Made by a program: the position numbers and the translations under genes. The notes under the pieces are model-generated. The model was not told the origin of the DNA, did not search any database, and saw nothing but the letters and a program-made list of their open reading frames with translations. A stretch of DNA of 64,000 nt. Origin: Bugula neritina. Lineage: Eukaryota; Animalia; Bryozoa. Below, piece after piece: positions 33,601 through 47,372 of the stretch. Positions within the stretch are counted from its first letter, which is position 1, and each line of letters starts with the position of its first letter. The DNA lies in the NCBI GenBank assembly GCA_964035545.1, contig OZ037769.1, positions 9,694,129-9,758,128 of the forward strand, read 5' to 3'.

Positions 33601-34300
33601 AATGTACTTTGAAAGACTGAAACATACAACAACATACAGAAATATACTGCAACATATTGAATTACACTGCAACATACTGAATTATAACTCAACATAACTG
33701 ATAGATTTCTAAAAATATGGAAACATACCGAAATACACTGTAAGATATTGAAATACACTGCAACACATTGAAATATACTGCAAAATACCAAAATATATGG
33801 TAACCTATTGAAATATGTTGCAAACTACTGAAATATAATGCAACATACTGCAACATAATAAAATATACTGTACTACGCTGAAAAATAATGCAAAATACTG
33901 AAATATACTGTAACATACTGAACTATACTTCAACATACTGAACTATACTGCAACATACTGAAATATACTGCAAGATACGGCAGCATACTGAATTACACTG
34001 TAATGAACTGAAATACACTGCAACACATTGAAATATACTGCAACACACTGAAACATACGGCAACATACTGAAATATACTGCGAGACATTGAAATATACTG
34101 CAACATAGTGAAATATGCTGTAGCATACTGAAATACACTGCAACACACTGGAGTATACTATACTATACAGAAATGTACTGTAACATACTGAAACATACAT
34201 CAACATACTGAAATGTACTGCAACATGCTGAATTATACTACAACATACTGCAACATACTGAAATACGCTTTAACATAATGAAATACACTGCAACACATTG
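16370..34300. repeat. Three tandem copies of a ~6-kb higher-order unit with staggered breakpoints (periods 6126 and 5575)
   Basis: ORF triplets 18562/24688/30263, 20871/26997/32572 and 21601/27727/33302. Junctions at ~22605 and ~28070. Confidence 0.9.
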
Positions 34301-37300
34301 AAATATACTGCAACATACCGAAATATATGGTAACCTACTGAAATATGTTGCAAACCACTGAAACATACGGCAATATACTGCAACAAAATAAAATTTACTG
34401 CAACACACTGAACAATACTGCAAAAAGGCTGATATATACTGTAACATACTAAAACATACTGCAACATTCTGAAATATACAGCAACATATGGAAGTATATA
34501 GTAATATACGAACATGTACTGTAACATACCGAAACATACTGAAACATCCTGAAACATACTGAAATATACTAGAACATACCGAAACATACTGCAACATAAA
34601 GAAATATACTGTAACACACTGAAATATACGGCAAAATACTGGATTATGTTGTAACATACTGAAACATACTGTTACATATTGAACTATACTGCAACATACT
34701 GAAAAATACTGCAACATACTGCAACATACTGAAATACACTGTAACATATTGAAATACACTGCAACACATTGGAGTAAGCTGCAACATACTTAAATATACG
34801 GTAATATACTGAAAGAAACTGTAACACATTAAAACATACCGCATTATAGTGAAATACTCTGCAACACACTGAAGTATACTGTAATATACAGAAAAACACT
34901 GCAACATACTGAAAAATACTTCAACATACTGCAATATACTGAAATACACTGTAACATATTGAAATACACTGCAACACACTGAAGTATACTGTAATATACA
35001 GAAATGTACTGTAAAATACTGAAACATACTGAAACACACTACAACATACTGAAACATACCGAAACATACCGCAACAAACCGAAATATTCGGTAACATACT
35101 GAAATAGGTTGCAAACTACTTTAAATACAATGCAACATACTGCAACATATTGAAATACACTGCAACACAATGAATTATAATGCGACACACTGAAAGTTAC
35201 TGCAACACACTGCAACATACTGAAACACACTGCAACATACTGAAATACACTGCAACACATTGGAATATACTGCAACATACCTAAATATACAGTAAATTAC
35301 TGAAATATACTTGAACACATTGAAAAATACTCCAACACACCGAAATATGCTGTAGCATGCTGAAAGACACTACAACTCACTGATGTATAGTGTACTATTC
35401 GGAAATGTACTGTAACATACTGATATTTACTGTAACACACTGAAATATACTGCAAAATACTGAAATACACTGTAACATACTGAAATATACTGCAACATAC
35501 TGCAACATACTGAAATACACTGTAACATACTGAAATACACTGTAAAATATTGAATAACACTGCAACACATTGGAGTAAGCTGCAACATACCTAGACATAC
35601 GGTAATATACTGAAAGATACTGTAACACATTATAACATACCGCATTATAGTGAAATACTCTGCAAAACACTGAAGTATACTGTAATATACAGAAATATAC
35701 TGCAACATACTTCAACACATTGGTATATACTGCAACACATTGAAATATACTGCAACACACTGAATCATACGGCAACATACTGAAATATACTGCGAGACAT
35801 TGAAATATACTGCAACATAGTGAAATTTGCTGTAGCATACTGAAATACACTGCAACACACTGGAGTATTCTGTACTATACAGAAATGTACTGTAACATAC
35901 TGAAACATACGTCAACATACTGAAATGTACTGCAACATGCTGAAATACACTGCAACACATTGAAATATACTGCAACATACCGAAATATATGGTAACCTAC
36001 TGAAATATGTTGCAAACCACTGAAGTATACTGTAATATACAGAAAAGTACTGTGAAATACTGAAACATACAACAACATACTGAAATATACTGCAACATAT
36101 TGAATTACACTGCAACATACTGAATTATAATTCAACATAGTGATAGATTTCTAAAAATATTGAAACATACTGAAATACACGGTGAGATATTGAAATACAC
36201 TGCAACACATTGGAATATACTGCAAAATACCAAAATATATGGTAACCTACTGAAATGAGTTGCAAACTACTGAAATATACTGCAACATATTGAATTACAC
36301 TGCAACATACTGAATTATAATTCAACATAGTGATAGATTTCTAAAAATATTGAAACATACTGAAATACACGGTGAGATATTGAAATACACTGCAACACAT
36401 TGGAATATACTGCAAAATAACAAAATACATGGTAACCTACTGAAATGAGTTGCAAACTACTGAAATATACTGCAACATACTGCAACATAATGAAATATAC
36501 TCTACTACACTGAAAAAAAATGCAAAACACTGAAATATACTGTAACATACTGAAACATACTGCAACATACTGAACTATACTGCAACATACTGAAATATAC
36601 TGCAAGTTACGGCAGCATACTGAATTACACTGTAACGTACTGAAATACACTGTAACATATTGAAATACACTGCAACACATTGAAATATACTGCAACACAC
36701 TGAAACATACGGCAACATACTGAAATATACTGCGAGACATTGAAATATATTGCAACATAGTGAAGTATGCTGTAGCATACTGAAATACACTGCAACTCAC
36801 TGAAATATAGTGCAATATACAGAAATGTACTGTAACATGCTGAAATATACTGTAACACACTGAAGTATACTGTAATATACAGTAATGTACTGTAAAATAT
36901 TGAAACACAGTGAAGTATACTGTAATATACAGAAATATACTGCAACATACTGAAAAATACTGCAACATATTGCAACATACTGAAATACACTGTAACATAT
37001 TGAAATACACTGCAACACATTGGAACAAGCTGCAACATACTTAAATATATGGTAATATACTGAAATATACTGTAGCACATTAAAACATACCGCATTATAG
37101 TGAAATATTCTGCAACACACTGAAGTATACTGTAATATACAGAATTATACTGCAACATACTGAAAAATACTGCAAAATACTGCAATATACTGAAATACAC
37201 TGTAACATATTGAAATACTCTGCAACACACTGAAGTATACTGTAATATACAGAAATGTACTGTAAAATACTGAAACATACTGAAACACACTACAACATAC

Positions 37301-40300
37301 TGAAACATACTGAAACATACCGCAACAAACCGAAATATTCGGTAACATACTGAAATAGGTTGCAAACTACTTTAGATATAATGCAACATACTGCAACATA
37401 TTGAAATACACTGCAACACAATGAATTATAATGCGACACACTGAAAGTTACAGCAACACACTGCAACATACTGAAACACACTGCAACATACTGAAATACA
37501 CTGTAACACATTGGAATATACTGCAACATACCTAAATATACAGTAAATTACTGAAATATACTTGAACACATTGAAAAATACTCCAACATACTGAAATATG
37601 CCGTAGCATGCTGAAAGACACTACAACTCACTTATGTATAGTGTACTATTCGGAAATGTACTGTAACATACTGATATTTACTGTAACACACTGAATTATA
37701 CTGCAAAATACTGAATTACACTGTAACATACTGAAATATACTGCAACATACTGCAACATACCGCAACACACTGCAACATACTGAATTACTTTGCAACATA
37801 TTGAAATACACTGCAACGCATTGAAATATACAGCAACATACCGGAATATATGGTTTTGTACTGAAAAAAACTGTAACACATTGAAACATACCGCATTATA
37901 GTGAAATAGTCTGCAACGCACTGAAGTATACTGTAATATACAGAAATGTACTTTGAAAGACTGAAACATACAACAACATACAGAAATATACTGCAACATA
38001 TTGAATTACACTGCAACATACTGAATTATAACTCAACATAACTGATAGATTTCTAAAAATATGGAAACATACCGAAATACACTGTAAGATATTGAAATAC
38101 ACTGCAACACATTGAAATATACTGCAAAATACCAAAATATATGGTAACCTATTGAAATATGTTGCAAACTACTGAAATATAATGCAACATACTGCAACAT
38201 AATAAAATATACTGTACTACGCTGAAAAATAATGCAAAATACTGAAATATACTGTAACATACTGAACTATACTTCAACATACTGAACTATACTGCAACAT
38301 ACTGAAATATACTGCAAGATACGGCAGCATACTGAATTACACTGTAATGAACTGAAATACACTGCAACACATTGAAATATACTGCAACACACTGAAACAT
38401 ACGGCAACATACTGAAATATACTGCGAGACATTGAAATATACTGCAACATAGTGAAATATGCTGTAGCATACTGAAATACACTGCAACACACTGGAGTAT
38501 ACTATACTATACAGAAATGTACTGTAACATACTGAAACATACATCAACATACTGAAATGTACTGCAACATGCTGAATTATACTACAACATACTGCAACAT
38601 ACTGAAATACGCTTTAACATAATGAAATACACTGCAACACATTGAAATATACTGCAACATACCGAAATATATGGTAACCTACTGAAATATGTTGCAAACC
38701 ACTGAAACATACGGCAATATACTGCAACAAAATAAAATTTACTGCAACACACTGAACAATACTGCAAAAAGGCTGATATATACTGTAACATACTAAAACA
38801 TACTGCAACATTCTGAAATATACAGCAACATATGGAAGTATATAGTAATATACGAACATGTACTGTAACATACCGAAACATACTGAAACATCCTGAAACA
38901 TACTGAAATACACTAGAACATACCGAAACATACTGCAACATAAAGAAATATACTGTAACACACTGAAATATACGGCAAAATACTGGATTATGTTGTAACA
39001 TACTGAAACATACTGTTACATATTGAACTATACTGCAACATACTGAAAAATACTGCAACATACTGCAACATACTGAAATACACTGTAACATATTGAAATA
39101 CACTGCAACACATTGGAGTAAGCTGCAACATACTTAAATATACGGTAATATACTGAAAGAAACTGTAACACATTAAAACATACCGCATTATAGTGAAATA
39201 CTCTGCAACACACTGAAGTATACTGTAATATACAGAAAAACACTGCAACATACTGAAAAATACTTCAACATACTGCAATATACTGAAATACACTGTAACA
39301 TATTGAAATACACTGCAACACACTGAAGTATACTGTAATATACAGAAATGTACTGTAAAATACTGAAACATACTGAAACACACTACAACATACTGAAACA
39401 TACCGAAACATACCGCAACAAACCGAAATATTCGGTAACATACTGAAATAGGTTGCAAACTACTTTAAATACAATGCAACATACTGCAACATATTGAAAT
39501 ACACTGCAACACAATGAATTATAATGCGACACACTGAAAGTTACTGCAACACACTGCAACATACTGAAACACACTGCAACATACTGAAATACACTGCAAC
39601 ACATTGGAATATACTGCAACATACCTAAATATACAGTAAATTACTGAAATATACTTGAACACATTGAAAAATACTCCAACACACCGAAATATGCTGTAGC
39701 ATGCTGAAAGACACTACAACTCACTGATGTATAGTGTACTATTCGGAAATGTACTGTAACATACTGATATTTACTGTAACACACTGAAATATACTGCAAA
39801 ATACTGAAATACACTGTAACATACTGAAATATACTGCAACATACTGCAACATACTGAAATACACTGTAACATACTGAAATACACTGTAAAATATTGAATA
39901 ACACTGCAACACATTGGAGTAAGCTGCAACATACCTAGACATACGGTAATATACTGAAAGATACTGTAACACATTATAACATACCGCATTATAGTGAAAT
40001 ACTCTGCAACACACTGAAGTATACTGTAATATACAGAAATATACTGCAACATACTTCAACACATTGGTATATACTGCAACACATTGAAATATACTGCAAC
40101 ACACTGAATCATACGGCAACATACTGAAATATACTGCGAGACATTGAAATATACTGCAACATAGTGAAATTTGCTGTAGCATACTGAAATACACTGCAAC
40201 ACACTGGAGTATTCTGTACTATACAGAAATGTACTGTAACATACTGAAACATACGTCAACATACTGAAATGTACTGCAACATGCTGAAATACACTGCAAC

Positions 40301-41900
40301 ACATTGAAATATACTGCAACATACCGAAATATATGGTAACCTACTGAAATATGTTGCAAACCACTGAAGTATACTGTAATATACAGAAAAGTACTGTGAA
40401 ATACTGAAACATACAACAACATACTGAAATATACTGCAACATATTGACTTACACTGCAACATACTGAATTATAATTCAACATAGTGATAGATTTCTAAAA
40501 ATATTGAAACATACTGAAATACACGGTGAGATATTGAAATACACTGCAACACATTGGAATATACTGCAAAATACCAAAATATATGGTAACCTACTGAAAT
40601 GAGTTGCAAACTACTGAAATATACTGCAACATATTGAATTACACTGCAACATACTGAATTATCATTCAGCATAGTGATAGATTTCTAAAAATATTGAAAC
40701 ATACTGAAATACACGGTGAGATATTGAAATACACTGCAACACATTGGAATATACTGCAAAATACCAAAATATATGGTAACCTACTGAAATGAGTTGCAAA
40801 CTACTGAAATATACTGCAACATACTGCAACATAATGAAATATACTGTACTACACTGAAAAAAAATGCAAAACACTGAAATATACTGTAACATACTGAAAC
40901 ATACTGCAACATACTGAACTATACTGCAACATACTGAAATATACTGCAAGTTACGGCAGCATACTGAATTACACTGTAACGTACTGAAATACACTGTAAC
41001 ATATTGAAACACACTGCAACACATTGAAATATACTGCAACACACTGAAACATACGGCAATATACTGAAATATACTGCGAGACATTGAAATATATTGCAAC
41101 ATAGTGAAGTATGCTGTAGCATACTGAAATACACTGCAACTCACTGAAATATAGTGCAATATACAGAAATGTACTGTAACATGCTGAAATATACTGTAAC
41201 ACACTGAAGTATACTGTAATATACAGTAATGTACTGTCAAATATTGAAACACAGTGAAGTATACTGTAATATACAGAAATATACTGCAACATACTGAAAA
41301 ATACTGCAACATATTGCAACATACTGAAATACACTGTAACATATTGAAATACACTGCAACACATTGGAACAAGCTGCAACATACTTAAATATATGGTAAT
41401 ATACTGAAAGATACTGTAGCACATTAAAACATACCGCATTATAGTGAAATATTCTGCAACACACTGAAGTATACTGTAATATACAGAATTATACTGCAAC
41501 ATACTGAAAAATACTGCAACATACTGCAATATACTGAAATACACTGTAACATATTGAAATACTCTGCAACACACTGAAGTATACTGTAATATACAGAAAT
41601 GTACTGTAAAATACTGAAACATACTGAAACACACTACAACATACTGAAACATACTGAAACATACCGCAACAAACCGAAATATTCGGTAACATACTGAAAT
41701 AGGTTGCAAACTACTTTAAATATAATGCAACATACTGCAACATATTGAAATAAACTGCAACACAAAGAATTATAATGCGACACACTGAAAGTTACTGCAA
41801 CATACTGCAACATACTGAAACACCTTGCAACATACTGAAATACACTGCAACACATTGGAATATACTGCAACATACCTAAATATACAGTAAATTACTGAAA
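32850..41900. repeat. Higher-order tandem duplication, 4344-bp period (boundaries approximate)
   Basis: ORF pairs 33302/37646, 34238/38582, 35395/39739 and 36625/40969 are all offset by 4344. Confidence 0.9.
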
Positions 41901-44900
41901 TATACTTGAGCACATTGAAAAGTACTCCAACATACTGAAATATGTTGTAGCATGCTGAAAGACACTACAACTCACTGATGTATAGTGTACTATTCGGAAA
42001 TGTACTGTAACATACTGATATTTACTGCAACATACCGCAACACACTGCAACATACTGAAATGTACTGCAACATGCTGAAATACACTGCAACACATTGAAA
42101 TATACTGCAACATACCGAGATATATGGTAACCTACTGAAATATGTTGCAAACCACTGAAGTATACTGTAATATACGGAAATGTACTGTGAAATACTGAAA
42201 CATACAACAACATACTGAAATATACTGCAACATATCGAATTACACTGCAACATACTGAATTATAATTCAACATAGTGATAGATTTCTAAAAATATTGAAA
42301 CATACTGAAATACACGGTAAGATATTGAACTACACTGCAACACATTGGAATATACTGCAAAATACCAAAATATATGGTAACCTACTGAAATGAGTTGCAA
42401 ACTACTGAAATATACTGCAACATACTGCAACATAATGAAATATACTGTACTACACTGAAAAATAATGCAAAATACTGAAATATACTGTAACATACTGAAA
42501 CATACTGCAACATACTGAACTATTCTGCAACATACTGAAATATACTGCAAGTTACGGCAGCATACTGAATTACACTGTAACGTACTGAAATACACTGTAA
42601 CATATTGAAATACACTGCAACACATTGAAATATACTGCAACACACTGAAACATACGGCAACATACTGAAATATACTGCGAGACATTGAAATATATTGCAA
42701 CATAGTGAAGTATGCTGTAGCATACTGAAATACACTGCAACTCACTGAAATATAGTGCAATATACGGAAATGTACTGTAACATGCTGAATAATACTGTAA
42801 CACACTGAAGTATACTGTAATATACAGTAATGTACTGTAAAATATTGAAACATACTGAAACATACTGCAACACACTGAAACATACTGAAACATACTGAAA
42901 CATACTGAAACATACCGCAACAAACCGAAATATTCGGTAACATACTGAAATAGGTTGCAAACTACTAAAATATAATGCAACATACTGCAACATACTGAAA
43001 TACACTGCAACATACCGCAACACACTGCAACATACTGAAATACTTTGTAACATATTGAAATACACTGCAACGCATTGAAATATACAGCAACATACTGGAA
43101 TATATGGTTTCGTACTGTGAAAACTGTAACACATTGAAACATACCGCATTATAGTGAAATACTGTGCAACACACTGTAGTATACTGTAATATACGGATCG
43201 AAATGTACTGTGAAATACTGAAACATACAACAACATACTGAAATATACTGCAACATATTGAATTACACTGCAACATACTGAATTATAATTCAACATAGTG
43301 ATAGATTTCTAAAAATATTGAAATATACTGAAATACACTGTAAGATATTGAAATACACTGCAGCACATTGGAATATGCTGCAAAATATCGAAATATATGG
43401 TAACCTACTGAAATATGTTACAAACTACTGAGATATACTGCAACATACTTCAACATAATAAAATATACTGTAACACAGTGAAATATACTGCAAAATTTTG
43501 AAATATACTGTAACATACTGAAACATACGCAACATACTGAAATATACTGCAGCATACTGAAATGTAATGCAAGATACTGCAACATACCGAAATACACTGC
43601 AACATTTTGAAATACACTGTAATATTTTGAAATACACTGCAACACATTGAAAAATACTGCAACATACTGAAGTATACTGCGAGACATTGAAATATACTGC
43701 CACATAATGAAATATGCTGTAGCATACTGAAATACACTTCAACACATTGAAGTATACTGTACTATACAGAAATGTACTGTAACATACTGAAACATTTGTC
43801 AACATACTGAAATGTACTGCAACATGCTGAAATACACTGCAACACATTGAAATATACTGCAACATACCGAAATATATGGTAACCTACTGAAATATGTTGC
43901 AAACCACTGAAACATACTGCGATATACTGCAACAAAATAAAATATACTGTAACACACTAAACGATACTGCAAAATGCTGAAATATACTGTAACATACTAA
44001 AACATACTGCAACATTCTGAAATATACTGCAACATATCGAAGTATATAGTAATATACGAATATGTACTGTAACATACCGAAACATACTGAAACATCCTGA
44101 AACATACTGAAATATACTAGAACATACCGAAACATACTGCAACATAAAGAATTATACTGTAACACACTGAATTATACGGCAAAATACTGGATTATGTTGT
44201 AACATACTGAAGCATACTGTAACATATTGAAATATACTGCAACATACTGAAAAATACTGCAACATACTGCAACATACTGAAATACACTGTAACATATTGA
44301 AATACACTGCAACACATTGGAACAAGCTGCAACATACCTAAATATATGGTAATATACTGAAAGATACTGTAGCACATTAAAACATACCGCATTATCGTGA
44401 AATACTCTGCAACACACTGAAGTATACTGTAATATACAGAAATATACTGCAACATACTGATAAATACTGCAACATACTGCAATATACCGAAATACACTGT
44501 AACATATTGAAATACTCTGCAACACACTGAAGTATACTGTAATATACAGAAATGTACTGTAAAATACTGAAACATACTGAAACACACTACAACATACTGA
44601 AACATACTGAAACATACCGCAACAAACCGAAATATTCGTTAACATACTGAAATAGGTTGCAAACTACTTTAAATATAATGCAACATACTGCAACATATTG
44701 AAATAAACTGCAACACAAAGAATTATAATGCGACACACTGAAAGTTACTGCAACATACTGCAACATACTGAAACACCTTGCAACATACTGAAATACACTG
44801 CAACACATTGGAATATACTGCAACATACCTAAATATACAGTAAATTACTGAAATATACTTGAGCACATTGAAAAGTACTCCAACATACTGAAATATGCTG

Positions 44901-45595
44901 TAGCATGCTGAAAGACACTACAACTCACTGATGTATAGTGTACTATTCGGAAATGTACTGTAACATACTGATATTTACTGCAACATACCGCAACACACTG
45001 CAACATACTGAAGTACACTGTAACATCTTGAAATACACTGCAACACATTGAAATGTACAGCAACATACCGGAATATATGGTTTCGTACTGAAAATAACTG
45101 TAACACATTGAAACATACCGCATTATAGTGAAATAGTCTGCAACACACTGAAGTATACTGTAATATACAGAAATGTACAGTGAAAGACTGAAACATACAA
45201 CAACATACTGAAGTATACTGCAACATATTGAATTACACTGCAACATACTGAATTATAATTCAACATAACTGATAGATTTCTAAAAATATTGAAACATACC
45301 GAAATACACTGTAAGATATTGAAATACACTGCAACACATTGAAATATACTGCAACACACTGAATCATACGGCAACATACTGAAATATACTGCGAGAGATT
45401 GAAATATACTGCAACATAGTGAAATATGCTGTAGCATACTGAAATACACTGCAACACACTAAAGTATACTGTACTATACAGAAATGTACTGTAACATACT
45501 GAAACATTTGTCAACATACTGAAATGTACTGCAACATGCTGAAATACACTGCACCACATTGAAATATACTGCAACATACCGAAATATATGGTAAC

Positions 45596-47372
45596 CAGGG
45601 ATGTAGTGGTACCCATACGGTCCCATACGCCGTATGGCCTAGAAGAAAATGGACTGTTCTTGGCCATACGCCCGTATGGGCATATTTTTGAAAGATGATT
45701 AGTGCACAGGATAGTTGGGGCATCCTCACTGAGAAAATCATAAATTTAGCTCACAATCTAATTTAAGTTCTTGTTATGTTAATGCTATGTGGGTGGCATG
45801 CGTGTTGCCTACTTGTGATTGTTTAGCCTGAGATTACACTATGAATACTATGCAGCTATCAACATTCCATCTTCTTATATCTACGTGTTCACTGAAGCGC
45901 GAAGTGCTGTGCATTGGTGATTACTAAGGAGAAAATCTTTCATTTTCAGTGTATAAATCACTAACTTGTAGAAAATCTATGAAGGCTATTGAAAAGATCG
46001 AAAAATTTCTCAGGTTTTCGACAGTGTTTGTTTTATTCGAATACCGTGCTTTCCTGCTGAGATATTTAGCAGGGATTGAAAAATAAATTTTTCAGATAAA
46101 ATTGGCCAAAAATGGGTAGATTTTTGTCTATAACTTTGCAAAAAAATATTGAAAACTCAAAAAAGCAGGTGCTCTGAGGAACAGGAAGATCTAAAACATG
46201 GTTTTTAAATTTCAATTCTAGCACAATTAAGTGAGGTTTTATTTGGCGGGGCTGAATTCTTATAATATACCAATAATGTGGCCTCAGCAAGGCAGTGACA
46301 GCTAGAAGGTTGCCCTTATCTATTTTTTGTGGACTTGCATTTTGTCAATAAGCAATGGAATTTTGAAAAAACCAACATGAAACCCAGAAATAAAATCAAA
46401 ATGTCTTCAAAAAACAGTACCAGGTGTGTAGGAGAGGGTAATGAAAATTTATCATTGAGGTCTACAGGTACTATATCCACATTTGGGTCAAAAATCTAGC
46501 GTTATTGCATGTTAATTATCAACGCAAGAAGGTTTTGCAAACTGCATACACCACCATAAGTAACCTTTTATGTTTTATTGTACTAACGTCTGGCTTCAAA
46601 TTTAATCATCTTCTAGGTTAATACATATTCAACCTGTCAAATTTGTTCTTTTGGGGTATATTTCCTTGATGTATCTAGTGGAAGCTCAGGGGTTTTATTT
46701 TAAAACCAAGTTAACATACTCTTCTTGGGTGTGCTTTATTGTGTGGAAGGAGGTGTGGCGGTATCACCTTACGGATTAGACTAGTACTCTGATAAACTCG
46801 AAATAGGTTTTCAACCAATTTCTGCTTGTCAATAAGTTATCAATTCAAATTGCTCTTTATAAATAACCAACACACATTTTCTGATTTGCAATCTTCCTCT
46901 GTTCTGATCTATTAAATTCTTTTTCTGTGCACGGCAGTGTATTAGTTATTTAAAGTAACCAGGTTGCATTTGGAGAGAACTTGTTACCTGCCTCTATCCT
47001 TCCACCTTTTTAAGATATTCAGCAATTTTTCTGTACAGGTTGCACTTAGTGTCAGAACAAACCTAACTGCAGTTGAGTAAGACTACATTACATATTGCAT
47101 TACACTCAACAGGTATGGGACAATACCGAATATTTATATAGTTTGCCGCAATGCCCAGTCGTCATGTAGCTGGTATGGCATGAAAATAATAGCGAGGTGC
47201 ACATTTCAACACAGATTTTTTCAGAAGAATTATAATTCACAATGGCTTTAAATTGCATAAATTTGCATCAGAAGCGCTCTGAGGGCTTCGGCGACCCGCC
47301 AGGGGCCTGGGCGGACCCCTGGACCCCCGGCCTGAGAGTATGGCCTAGAATATTTTTACCACTACATCCCTG
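45596..47372. mobile_element. Non-autonomous hAT DNA transposon, 1777 bp
   Basis: Perfect 16-bp TIR CAGGGATGTAGTGGTA (45596-45611) / TACCACTACATCCCTG (47357-47372). 8-bp TSD ATGGTAAC (45588-45595, 47373-47380). Empty-site paralogs with a single ATGGTAAC at 49363 and 60769. Subterminal CCATAC/GTATGG repeats. No transposase ORF. Confidence 0.93.
45705..46331. mobile_element. Degenerate short (MITE-sized) relative of the CACAG element, nested in the hAT
   Basis: Start CACAGGATAGTTGGGGCATCCTCACTGAGAAAATCAT resembles 50272 CACAGCATAGTTAAGGTCAACCCACTGCAAAAATCAT. Block AATGCTATGTGGGTGGCATGCGTGTTGCCTACTTGT (45781) matches 50339. End GAAGGTTGCCCTTATCTATTTTTTGTG resembles GAAGGATGACCTTAATCAAGCTGTG (59661-59685). 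No clear TSD. Confidence 0.75.

Larger units (their letters stand above)
3017..45595. repeat. 10-bp-unit satellite array, main TE-free block (~42.6 kb)
   Basis: Continuous (C/T)A(T/C)ACTG(A/C/T)AA decamers, often alternating as the 20-mer CATACTGAAA-TATACTGCAA, with recurring variant modules. Confidence 0.99.

Noticed and set aside
3017-45595. CRISPR-like repeat/spacer array
   Set aside because: There is no constant repeat with unique spacers; the variable parts are mutated decamers that recur. The context is eukaryotic and no cas genes are present.
46066-46290. 74-aa ORF inside the hAT as a transposase
   Set aside because: It lies in the non-coding right end of the nested CACAG relic and has no hAT motifs.
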